Shown here in pieces: positions 22,606 to 35,100 of a stretch of 64,000 nucleotides of DNA. The translations under genes and the position numbers were made by a program. Every line of letters begins with the position of its first letter. The stretch's first letter is position 1. This stretch comes from Geosiphon pyriformis uo1 (taxonomy: Eukaryota > Fungi > Glomeromycota), in NCBI GenBank assembly GCA_016748015.1, contig JAAOMT010000258.1:498173-562172 (forward strand), read 5' to 3'. The notes under the pieces were generated by a model that was given only the letters and a program-made list of their open reading frames with translations, searched no databases and was not told where the DNA came from.

Positions 22606-25600
22606 CTCATTTAATTTGGAAGATTGCCACGTGTAATATAAGAGGTATGAACAATCCTGCAAAACAGGAAGATATTATTTGTTGGCACAAGGATATGAAC
22701 AATTTGATTTCTATCGTTACTGAGACCAAACTGAAGGGCAAGATCCATCTATGGATTGCAACTAAGTTTAATGGTGTTCGGGTCTTTACTTCAGATCAAG
22801 ATTCTGGCAATCTGGGTTTGGGTGTAACTATTGTTGTGAACGATTCTCTGGCCCGCCATGTGTGTAAGATTTCTGAGGTGCCTGGTCGGCTACTCTCAAT
22901 TAAGATGCTTTTTAAGAACAAACTTTCAGTATCAATTTTGGGGCTTTATGCTGGTGCTTCTCTGGCAACACGTTTCTCTCAAGCCAGTAAGGTCAATTCT
23001 CTGATAGCTGGGGCTGTGAACGAGTCTTCTTTTGTTGTTTTGGGTGGTGATTTCAATGAAGATGGCTCTCGCAGGTGTGCTAGTTTTAAGAAGTGTTTGG
23101 ATTTGGGTTTGGTCAATTCTCTGGTGGGGAATTCATTGGCTAAGTGTCTTACCTGGAAAAATTCAAGGGGTGTTGTCAAGACTATTGATTACGTGTTTGT
23201 TTTGTCAAATTTGGTCAATGCAATAGTGAACCGAGACATTTTAGATGTTAGTGAGTATTTTGATATTGATCATCAAGTGGTTTGCATGTCCGTGGGTTTG
23301 GGTGGGCTTTTGGATGTGCATTTGAATTCTCTTTGTAGGCAGGTGAATAGAAATCGATGGAAGTTTAACATTAGGGGTGCTGATGAGAGTAGATGGGACA
23401 ATTTCAGGAGTGCCACTTTGGCCAACACAGCAATGTTCTCAGATAAGTTTGCCACTGCTGTGAGATTCTCCAATTTGGATGTAATGTGGGCCATCATTCA
23501 CAAGATCATGGTGCTTTCAGCAGATGGTATTTTCAAAAAAAAATGGTTTAAGAACTTTGATAGATCTTTCTCCAAGAAATCTTCGAAGTTTCACAAATTG
23601 GAGCTTTTGGTTTCTAAAATTTTTAAGGTGTCACGTAAGGGAGATATTGTTGGTTTTTTTTCTTTCATGAATTGTTGGGCTTTGCTGGACAGTGTTAAGG
23701 CTTTAGTCATTTAGGATCTGATGGATTCTGGTATAGACTCTGGTCATGTCTTTTCTGCTCTCTCGAGTGCTTAGAAATCATATCGTGCATCCAAGCTCGT
23801 TGAGTCTTAGATTGCCAAGGAGGCCAACATTAGATCAGCCATAGATAAGAGGATGGAGAACTTTGAGGTCGATAAAAGTCATACAATAAAGAGTGTGCTG
23901 GAGTGCCCATTTCGTAAGGTGATGCTTGACCACTTGGTTGTTGATAGTGAGCTGGTTTTGGAGTCTGATCAGGTTAAGAGCAAGATGAACGTGATTATGG
24001 AGGAGTGGACTAGGAAGCGTCGGGTGGTCAACAATATGTCAAGCGAATGGTGTCACCAATATCAGCCTTTAGAGTATGTTTTTGATGAGGCTTTCTCAGG
24101 AATAATGTGTCTGATTGGTTTTGACGAGTTGTTTGAGATGGTTTCTGTCCTTCCTGATGGCAAAACTGCTGGTCTGTCGGGTATATCAAATAAGCTTTGG
24201 AAACATTGTGATAAGTCTGTCTTGGAAATGTTATTGGTGCTTTTGAACTCTTGCTTGGCTGGTGAATCAGTGCCTGGCCCATGGAAAAAGGCCTGGGTTT
24301 CGATGATTCCCAAGCCTTATGAATGGGAAGGTGTTCTGACGAACACATATCCTATTGCTTTGATCAAAACAGCTCGTAAGATTCTTTCCAAGGTTCTTTC
24401 TAATAGGATTTCTGCTGCATGCAGTACTTTCGATGTTCTTCATGGGGATAATTTCTTGGTTTTGAAGGATATGACTACTCAGTCTCCCATTTTTGCAATT
24501 GGTTTGGTAATTGAGGATGCTCTGGAAAAGGACCGTGAACTCTGGCTGGTATTATAGGATATAAAAAAGGCTTACAATTCAGTTGGCTGGGAGCATCTTG
24601 AGAAAAGCCTGGTCAGGATTAAGATGTGCAGCAAGTTTATTTGGTTCTTTGGTAGCATACATAAGAGTCGCACTAATTAGATGATGACGGATTTTGGTTT
24701 GACTGGTGGTTATTGTGTATATGATAGCTTAGATCAGGGTGAAGTTTTTTCCCTTCTTCTGTGGCACATCTTCTATGATCCTTTGTTGTGTGAAGTCAAA
24801 CGTCAGGAGAGTGTGTGTGGATATAGGCTTAATTTGTACTTTATTTCTAAAAATGGGCATGCTGAGACTCAGGCTGGATGTTCTTCCTTTTTTGCCACTG
24901 GTGCTTTTGTCAATGATACAATTTGGATTGGTAACAGTCAAGCTGCTACTCAGCACATTCTCAATGTTGCCAGTGAATTCTTTCGGATCAATGATATCTC
25001 TATCAACAATGCCAAAACAGTCGCCATTCCCTTTAATAGCAGAGTCAGCAGTCCCTCCCTTTCCATTAGCGGCTCTCCCATTTCCATTGCCAAAAAGGGG
25101 GAATCTCATCGATATCTGGGTATTTTTCTTTCAACTGAGGGTCTTTCGAAGTCAAGTTTGACTAAGGCACATTTGGACATTCGCTTTTTTGTCAATTTGG
25201 TTCTGAGGAAGGCTGTTTCAGATAAACAATTCTTATACTTGGTGTTGGCGGTTTTCTAGTCCATAATCAGTTATCGGACACAATTTAGTTTTATATCAGT
25301 TGGTGTTTGTGCCAAGTGGGATGCTCTGATTCGCAAGGGCTTGAAGCTTAAATCTGGTCTTCCACTTGATTTTCCCAGTGATACGCTACACCACCTTTCA
25401 TTTTATGGTTTGAAATCTTTCTCACAGGTACAGTCTGAGTGTAAGATGGCCTCTCTTGTCAGTTTTGTGAACTCTAGTGGGATCTTGGGTCGCTTATTTT
25501 CTCACAGGTCTTATGACTTGCAAGTTCGGTGTTGGCATCCTATTCATTCATTAAATTCTTCTGTTTGTGTTAATATCAGTGCTTCCAACAACTTTTTAGC

Positions 25601-27290
25601 AGAATTGGTCTGTATTCTTCTTGACTGCAATTTGTTTTTGGGTGGATCTTTTGTTGGGTCTTTTCGGTCTAGTGACAGTGCACCTATGTCTACTGTTTTA
25701 GGTGAATCTAAGTTTTCCAAGTTTCTTTTTTCTCTCCGATGGTTTGGTGTTGCCTTTGTAGATCAACTTCGTGATTGTCATGGTGCCATCTTTGACTGGT
25801 ATACCTTCAAGCGTTGGAAGAGGCTGGACCCCTGTGGCCCCGTTTCAGAATGGTTCAGGCTTGCTACTGCATTTCTCAATAGTGCTTCTCTCCCTTCTAA
25901 TGATCGGGTTGTCTCAAATAGTGCTGTTCATCAAGATATTCTTGGTTCTGCTGATTATGCTTCTGTTTGTGGTTGTCTTTCTCAAGTCATTTCTGGTAGC
26001 TTGTCTGTTTACACGGACGGATCTTTGGGAAGTTTGGGTACTACTAAATGTAGAGCTGGTACTGCTGTTTTTTTTGAGGACATTGGTTTGGGTTTGGGGG
26101 TTGGTGTATCGGACTTGATGTCATCCACCCTTGTGGAATTACAGGCTATTGCATTGGCCATGGAGTGTGTTCCGTCGTTCTGTTCCGTTTGCATGTTTTT
26201 TGATAGTCAGTCAGCTTTGAGTGCTTGTGTGTCAGAATTGAATCTTGTGTGTCCTGACTTTCGCAATCAGTGTTGGGTCAAGTGTCAGCATATCACTAAT
26301 GTTATTCATAGTAAAAATTTGAGAGTTTGTTGGCACAAAGTCAAAAGTTACTCTGGTGTTTCTGGTAATGAACATGCTGATGAGATTGCTGGTATTGCCT
26401 CTCTTTCCAGTTGGCATCTGCATCCTTACTTGGATGAACACTTTCTGGTGGCTGACGGTGGTGTGGTTTCGGGCAATTTGAAACACTTTGTTTGTGATAT
26501 TTGCCAATCGATTTGTCGTGCACACTAGAAAGTTGGTTCTGGTGCTAAGTTTTTAAGGAATGATTTGCTTTTTAATGTTGACTGGTTCCGCTTTTCTTTG
26601 GTCTGGCATCCTGACTTGCACATGGCCACCAGTTCTACTAGCAGACTTTTGGCTAATGCTCGTACCTATTTCATGAAGGCTCTGCATCACCAGTTGCCTG
26701 TTGTTGTAAAGAAGTGTCTTTATAATAAATGCTACCCTAGTGTGCTGTGTTTATATTGTGGTGATGTGGAGTCTTCAGACCATGTGTTCTTTTGTAAGGT
26801 CGACAATTCTGCTCATAGTTGGATTTTGGAGTCTCATGTGGCTTCTTGGAAGGCTCTTACTGGTTTGTCACTCTTTTCGTCAGTTGTAATGCAGCTTTTG
26901 TCATCTTGTGCTTCTGATTTTCCTGTGTTTGTGGTTCTATGCAAGGGTTTTGTGTTTAATAATTGGTTTTGCAAGGCTGTTTCTATGTTCTGTGATCCCA
27001 AAATTGCGGGATTGGAGGTGGTTAAGTTTGTGCGCTCTCTTAGTCTTGCCTTTAGGGATGGTGTTTGGATGGTTCGTGCTAAGCATCATGCTTACATGGA
27101 GAAGGCCAAGTTGATTCCATTGGATGGTTCAACACCTGTTTCAGTCTCTGGTTTGGTTTCAGGAATTTTTGCTGGTGTTGTCAAGCTGCTTGGCATTGCT
27201 GAGGCTGTGGACATTTGTTTCGGTTTTCATAAACCATGTTTATTTTTTTCTGGTATAGGCAGTTCAGTTTCAGTTCATATATCTGTGTAG
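22602..27290 (+). pseudogene. LINE 2 ORF2 (APE, RT, RNase H, C-terminal Zn finger)
   Basis: TCNIRG, TETKL, GGDFN, IDY, DH; QGE..AFVND; VYTDGS..ELQAI..DSQ..GNEHAD; CLYC..H..C; fragments in one frame. Confidence 0.9.
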
Positions 27291-27434
27291 TATTGTTCTG
27301 ATCGGTCCGAGTGGCTGATCACGTATAGACAATGCATGATTCACACCTAGTATAGATCATTTCCTTGATGTATAGCTCTAGGTAGTGTTTGGACTTCACT
27401 TGTAAAATGAAATAAAAAAAAAAAAACAATATTA

Positions 27435-28225
27435 GTAATAGCAACCAAAAAAAACTTAAAATCAAAATTTATATAGAATAACTTAATATTGTTTTTAGAA
27501 ACTAACTTAAATTTAACAAATCTAAATAGTAACTTAAACAAAAAACTAACTATAATTAATTTAATCTTAAATATAATACCAGATATTAAAATAAAAATTA
27601 TTTATCCAAAAAATTTTTAATGATTGAAAATTGTTTTTTAAATATTATTAATAGTAATATTAAAAAACAAAAAAGAAAAGACTGTTTTAGTTTCTATTTA
27701 ATTAGTTTAATTTTTAAAATCAAATAATTTAATAAATTAATTTGTTTTTAAAATCAATAATAATTTATTAAAACATTATATATAACAATATAATCAATAA
27801 TTAATCTTAATTTATCTTAAAAAACATATTATTATTGTTATTACTTATATTAAAAAAAAACTGATTGTTATTAAAAAAAATTTTTTCAAGATTTTATTTA
27901 AAATTACAAAAAAATTTAATATAATAATAGTAAATACAAGTAACTATTATTGTTTTTTTAAGTCTTTAATATTTTTAACTATTTGTAAAATAGTAATAGT
28001 ATTAATAATAAAAACAAAAAAAACTAATTTGTTAACAAACTTATTATTAAAAACTTTAAAGCTTTTACAAAAAGTAAAAATAATATTAAGATTGACCTAA
28101 GTATATTTTTTAAAAAAACTTTAATTAGAAAAAAATTATTAATTAAAAATAAAAAAAATATTTTAAAAATTATCAAAAACAGTTTTTTATTATTAATATT
28201 TAAGAAGAATATTATCAAAATATTT
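27435..28225 (-). mobile_element. Highly eroded TE relic, inverted homolog of ~34500-35330; continues at ~20200-20512
   Basis: Translations 28024..28218(-) and 34519..34701(+) align (NKKLFL.IFKIFF...LIIS); DNA collinear across the LINE 2 insertion. Confidence 0.65.
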
Positions 28226-28249
28226 TGTTTAATTGTTTTAACAATAAAA

Positions 28250-30055
28250 AGATTTTGTCTTTAGGTAACTCTCTGACCAATGCTTTTCATCATCGAAGTG
28301 GAACTCCTAAGTCTCTTGTTCTTGGTGAACCAAACTATCTTAGATATGTCTCTTCACTTCAGCATTATGAAATTGCCTTCATAAACCAACCACATAACTG
28401 GAGTGGGGCTGTTTTTGATTGGAAAACCTTCAAACAATAGAAATGGTTGGACTCATATAGTCTGGGTCCTATCTGGTTTGAGCTTTCTGTTTGGTTTCTT
28501 GATGGTGTATCTTTTCTGCCTGTCTGTTCTTTGTTTTTGAACATTTGTGACTTTACAGATGTTTTGCAGTCTTGTAAGTTTGGCATCATTAATGATGGCT
28601 TGTTGTGTACTGGTATTGATTGATTTTCTGTTTATATGGATAGATTGTTGAGCAGTTTAAGGACTCTTGATATAAAAGCTGGAGCTGCTGTTTTCTTTGA
28701 GAACATAAGTATGAGTTTGAATATAGAAGTGTTTAGTTTAATGTCTTTTACTATGGCAGAATTGTAGGCTATTGCTTTGGCTCTTGAGTGTGTCTTTTTT
28801 TCTTACTCAGTCGACTTGTTTTTGAACAGTCAAGCTGCTTTGGATGCATACAAGTCAGAGTTGGAATTGGTCCACCCAGATTTCAGGAATTATTGCTGGA
28901 TTGAATGCTGCTACATTGTTAGTGTTATTTATCACAAGAATTTGAATATTAATTGGCATAAGATTAAAGATCACTCGGATGTTCTAGGCAATGAGCATGC
29001 TGATGAGTTGGCCAGAACTGTTGCTCTCTCTAATTGGCATCTGCCTTACTTAATCAATGAATGCTATCTTAGAGTCAATAGTGTGGCTATTTTTGATAAT
29101 TCTAAGCATTTTGTTCAGGATGTTTTTCAGTCTGTTTATTGTGTGCATTAAGAAGTTGGTTCTGGTTTTTAGGTGGTGATAAACTGTTTGCATGCAGATA
29201 TTGACTAGCTCAGGTCATCTCTGATGTGACATCCAGACTCTCACATGACTGCTGGTTTCACTAGCAAGCAGACTGCTGGCTTCTAGACATATTTTATGAA
29301 GATCTTGTATCATCAGCTCTCTGTTGCTATGTGTAAATGGTTTTATAATAAACATTACTCTAGTGTAATGTATTTGTTCTGTGATAATATCAAAGTCTTA
29401 AACCATGTTTTTTCTTGTTTGTTTGATGCTGCTGGTTATGCTCAATTTTTGGACATTCATGCATCTGCTTGGGGAGTGTACTTCAGTCTAATTCATTCCT
29501 CTTTGGGTATTTTACAGCTATTGTTTACATGTGTCTTTAGCATTTTGGTCAATATTGTTTTATGTAAAAGTTTTGTCTTCAAGAATTGGTTTCATGAATC
29601 TGTTTCCATTTTTACAGACTTTAAGATAGCAAGTTAGAATATTGTAGTCTTTATGTGCAAGTTTAGTTTTGTATTCTAGAAGGATATTTAATTGGTTTAT
29701 GCCAAGCATCAAGCATTTATGGAAAAAAATGGGCTCATTCCACATGATGGGTCTGTTTCTCTCTCAATTTCTGGGCTTTCTTCAGTACTTTCAACTGATA
29801 TGGCCAGATTATTGAGTATTGCTGAGACAATTGGGATTGGTTTCAAATTTTGTAAACTCTGTTTGTTTTTTTTAGGTATAAATAAAGTGGTTTCTGTTTA
29901 TATAGATGTTTAGTATTGTTCTGATTGGTCTGAATAGCTGGTTATGTGTAGAAAGTGCATAATTCACACTTAGTTTAGATCATTTACATGATATATTGTG
30001 CTAGGCAGTATTTGGACTTTACTCGTTAAATAAATAAATAAATAAAAAAAATAAA
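28250..30055 (+). mobile_element. LINE 3: 5'-truncated (RNase H, Zn finger, 3' UTR, (TAAA)n tail)
   Basis: Homologous to LINE 2 from ~25640 on; GNEHADELA; shared 3' UTR. Confidence 0.9.
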
Positions 30056-31221
30056 AAGACTTTTTTTTGTTAAAATTTTATTATTTACTATAAAAAAAAT
30101 AAAAAACTACTTTTTGTTTTGGTTATGGTTATAAAATTAAAAAAAAAAAGAGCTTTTATATATTTTATATATATTTAATTGTATTATTTAAATATAATAA
30201 ATTAAAATTAATTATTATAATAAATTAATTATATTATTTTATTATCTAATTATAAAATAAAATTAATAAAATAAAAATTTGTGTTTTTGCATTAAATTTA
30301 TTTTTTAATTATTATTAAAATTAAGCTATTAATTTTTTTTTGTTATTTTTAAGATTACAAAAATTTTTATAATTTTTTATAATTATTTTTTTAATATTAT
30401 TAATTAATAAAGTTTATAATTAAGTTTGATAATATTTTAATAATTCAAGTTTTTATTTTTGTTAATAATAAATTTGTTTTTGTAATAAAAATAAAATATT
30501 ATTATTTTAGTTGGTTTTTTTGCAAAAATAGTTTACAAATTTTAAAAATTTTATTTTTTTATCAAGTAATAATTTATTAATTTATTTAATATTTTTATTA
30601 AAATTTTAAAATTATATTATTTTTTTGTTATTTAATAAATAAGATTTAAATACAATTTGATACTTTATACTAAACTAAATAGTCTATATTAAACATAAAT
30701 TATATTTTTTTTATATAACCAGTTATTTAAGTTAATTAAAATAATAATTTGTTTTTATTTTAACTAAAAAACTATAATCTATATTAAAAAAACATATAAA
30801 ACTTATATAAACTACAAAAAATACCAATTATTTTAATAATATTAAGCATTTTTATTAAATTATTTAAAAGCAAAAATAGTAAATCACCAATAATTAAAAT
30901 CATAAACAATATATATTGTATTATTAAATATATAAAAAGACAATATTTGTAATATATATAATAATAAAATACATATTTTTAACAACAATATTTACTAAAT
31001 AACAAATAAATTTAATAATTTTTTATAAGTTTTAAAATTTATTACATATGTAAAAACATAATCTAAAAATTTAATTTTATAATATAATAAAAACATAAAA
31101 CACTAAGATATTTTTTATTATATAAATACTTTTAAATCATAATAAATAAACAATAATATAAAGTTTTTATAAAATAAAAATACAAACTAGTTATAAATTT
31201 ACTTGTAAATTCAGAAGCCAT

Positions 31222-32108
31222 TTTTACTAGCCGAAATTTGAGATATTATTTAGAATAAAATTATTTTTATAATTCTTATTATTAATTAGCATATATTATT
31301 ATTTCAATTTATTATTTATTATCTTATTAAATTACCCGAATTATTATTTAATTAATAATCTAATTTGTATAAAACACAAATATAACCAAGTTGTGATAAT
31401 CAGATTATGCAATACTTTAAATTATTTAATATTTAAAATTTGCCGAAATATTTAGTAATTCGATAAAATATTTAATAGTTATTCAAAATAATTTATAATT
31501 TGCAGAAATAACTTGTAGTTTGATGAAATGTATCTTTAATTTGCCGAAATATTAAGAAAAAAAATATTAGATCATAAAATAGTACTATAATAAGTTGTAT
31601 ACAAGAAAAACTTCTCTTTTCAAAAAATATATCTTATTCAAAATTAATCTTTTCATACTAATATTTTAAAATTAATTAGCTACCAATTTCAGTAAATGGT
31701 TAGCAACTTTCAGACCTGGATCTAAAACAATTTTTTTAACATGGTTTTTTATTTTTTTTATTAGTTTATTTTTTTTTATTTTTTTTATATTATTGGATAA
31801 TCTACAGTCGAAATTTTTTATAAAAAAATTAACTTGTACAGCAAAGTAACTATACACATTTTAAAGAGCTTACAAATAAGATTTTTTTGTAAAAAAGTCA
31901 ACTTTTGTTGCAAAATAACTATATAAGTAATTTGCATAGAATTGGCTATTTTATTATAAATCTAACAGTATATATAGTTTAAAGTATAGAAAAATACTTT
32001 AAAAAAAGATTAGCTTATTAGAAGTTTATTAACTTCTATTAATAGTAGAATTAAAAACAAAACAATATTAACAATATTAAAAAAAGAATAAAAAAACCTT
32101 TAATAATA
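31222..32108 (+). repeat. Degenerate solo LTR (related subfamily) with TSD CCAT/TCAT, inside a minus-strand LINE relic
   Basis: Aligns to family LTR (GAAATTTGAGATATTATTTAG, AATTAGCTACCAATTTCAGTAAA, 6-unit array); removing it rejoins the LINE HPDLHM|ASGFTS-like segment. Confidence 0.8.
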
Positions 32109-35100
32109 TCATATATAAATCAAAATATTAAAAACTAAAATACATATAATTATTTATAATTTAGTTATTATTAAAAAGACTAATTTGTTTATTTTAATAT
32201 TAATTTCTAAATTTAAATTCACAAAAAATACAGTTATATTAAAACTTATTTTTAGTATTTTCAAATTTTTTAATAAGTTATCTATATATATATTAACTAT
32301 ATTTAAGTTTGTTTTTAATAAATATTTTTTTATTACAGCAAAAATATAAAATATATATATATTAAAAAACTAAAAATTTCTAATTAAAGTCAAAATAACA
32401 TCACAAAAAATTACAAAGTTTAAATAATTAGTTGATATCTTAAATTATCTAAAAATAAAACTTCTAATTTTTTAATAACAAAAATATTTTTTGTTTAATA
32501 ATTGTTTAATAACCACAATTTCAAATTTTTTAAGTAATTAAACATGTTACAAAAAACTAAATCCTTTAAAACAATAAATATTAAAATATTATTAATAAAA
32601 AAATATAATAAACAAATTATTATAAAAAAAATATTATTAATTCAAAAAATTTTTATGATTTTAATTAAAAAAATTTTTATAAATTTAAATATTAACTTTA
32701 CAAAAAATTGCAATAGATAATTAGATAATTAATTTAATACTTGTAAATTTAAAAATCTGTAATTAAATAATTAATCAAAAATATTACCAATATTTAAAAA
32801 ATTCATTATTAAAACTATTTTTTTCTTTGTTTATACTTGTTTAAAAAATTTTAAATCATATAAAAATAAATAATAAATAGTTTTATTTGAGAAATTTTTA
32901 AGTAAACTTATTTTTATTTTTAAGTTTTTTTAATTAATATATTTTATTTATTATAAATACTTTTAAAAACAAAATTAAATTGAATTTAATAATTAATAAT
33001 AGATTGTAATATGACCAAAACCAAATAAAAAACTGTTTATTTAAAACAGTTTTTTTTAAAATTATGTTAAAAAAATTTTAATATTTAAATAAGTCTTAAC
33101 TAAATTAAATTTGACCAAATTATTTGTTGATAAAAAAATTTTTAAATACTAATAGAATTTTTTTTCTGTAATAAAAATTAACAAGTTACTAATTAATAAA
33201 AAACATTCTTAATTCTTTAATTAATAAAAATAATTACTGTTTTTTTATTGTTTATCAAAATGTTATGGATTTTAAAAATTTTTTTTATAGTATTTAAAAT
33301 ATACAAAGTAGTAATTTAAATATTTTTTAATTATATTATATTGTTAACAAAAGTTTAATTATTAAATAAAATGTTAATTTAGTTTAATTTTTAATTTTAT
33401 CAGTTTTAATAATAAACTTTTATAATTTTTTATTTTATATAAAAATAAATTATAAAAACAGTAAAAAAAAACTTTACTTTAATCCAAATTATTATGTATT
33501 TTATATTTATTTATTAGCTTATAATCTGTTATAATTTGATTAATTTATTATTGTAAATATTATAAAAATATTTTATAAATTTTTTACATATTTTTATTTT
33601 AATTAAACTGTTTTTTAAATATTGTTAATTAACAGAATTATAAGTTTTTTATATGTTTTATAAAATTAATCATAGTTTTTAATTTTTTTTTAATATATTT
33701 TTTATTATTAATTTTATTATAAAAATTAAAATTAAAATAAAGTATTTTTTAAAACAGAAAAATTATTACTGTAAAATATATCAAATTTGTTATATACTAT
33801 TATCAAAATTTTTTATGGTTTTTAATACAAAAATTACAACAATATATTATAAAAATTACTATTAAAAAAATGTAAAAAAACCTATATTATTACATTTAAT
33901 AAAAATAAAAAATCAGCAATTAATTCAATGATAACAAAAAAATATGACACAATTAGTTGTTTACCTAAATTAAATACAAAAAAATTTTAGCAAACTAAAA
34001 AACATTAATAAAAATTAAAAATTAATATATGTAATTTGATAATAATAAACTTTATTATATTTTAAAATTTTTATATACTTCTATTTATATAGTTTAAATT
34101 GCAACTACTATTCAGAAATAGTTATTAAAAAATATAATCAATTAATTTATATTTGATTATATTAATTATAATTATAATTGATATTAATAATATATGATTA
34201 TAATTCTAAATCTAGTTATCTAAATTTAATTATCTAAAAACATTAATTTTAGAAAAAATAACATATCAAGTAAGCTTATAAACTAAATTAAATAATTTAA
34301 TATATATAAATAATTAATATATTTAAAATAATTTAAATATAGTATATATATTTTATGTAATTTAGTTATATATACATAAAATTTTTTGTTTTCTTAATTT
34401 TATAATCATAATTAAAGCAAAAAATAAAAAAGCTGTACCTAATATTTCTTTTAAAATATCTAATAAAATTTCAATCAAAAAAGTTTTTTTTGTTATAAAA
34501 ACAATTAAACAGAATATTTTGGAAGTTTTTTTTTTAAATAATTATAATAAAAAACTGTTTTTGATGATTTTTAAAATATTTTTCTCATCTTTGACTGGTT
34601 TTTTTTACCAATTAAAGTTTCTTTTAAAAGACATACTTGAGTTAATTTTATTGTTTTTTTTATTTTTATTAAGAGCTCAAAAGTCTTTAATAATAAGTTG
34701 AATTAACAAGTTAGTTTTTTCAACTTTTATTGTTATATCTAATATTATTAGCATTACTTTTTTAAAAATATAATTAAAAACCAAGAATTTCAAAAAATAA
34801 AAACAGTCACTTATTTTTGCTATTATTATACTAAACTTCTTTGTAATTTTAAATAAAATTATAGATAAAATTTTTATTACATTATTTAATATATTGTTTA
34901 AAATAAGCCAAAATCAACTACTGGTTATATTGTTAAATATAATGCTTTTTAATAAATTATTTTTGGTTTTAGAAATAAAACAAAAATCTTTTATTGGATT
35001 ATTTGTTTTTAAAAACTGGATTAATCAAATAGAAACTGAATTAATTTCATTTTTTTTGGTTTCTAATATTATTGCTAATGTTGCTTAAAAAACTATTGTT

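Larger units (their letters stand above)
20513..27424 (+). mobile_element. LINE 2: apparently full-length non-LTR retrotransposon with poly(A) tail and candidate TSD AACAATATTA
   Basis: ORF1+ORF2, 3' UTR, poly(A); AACAATATTA at 20503-20512 and 27425-27434; the two flanks join into one older relic. Confidence 0.9.
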
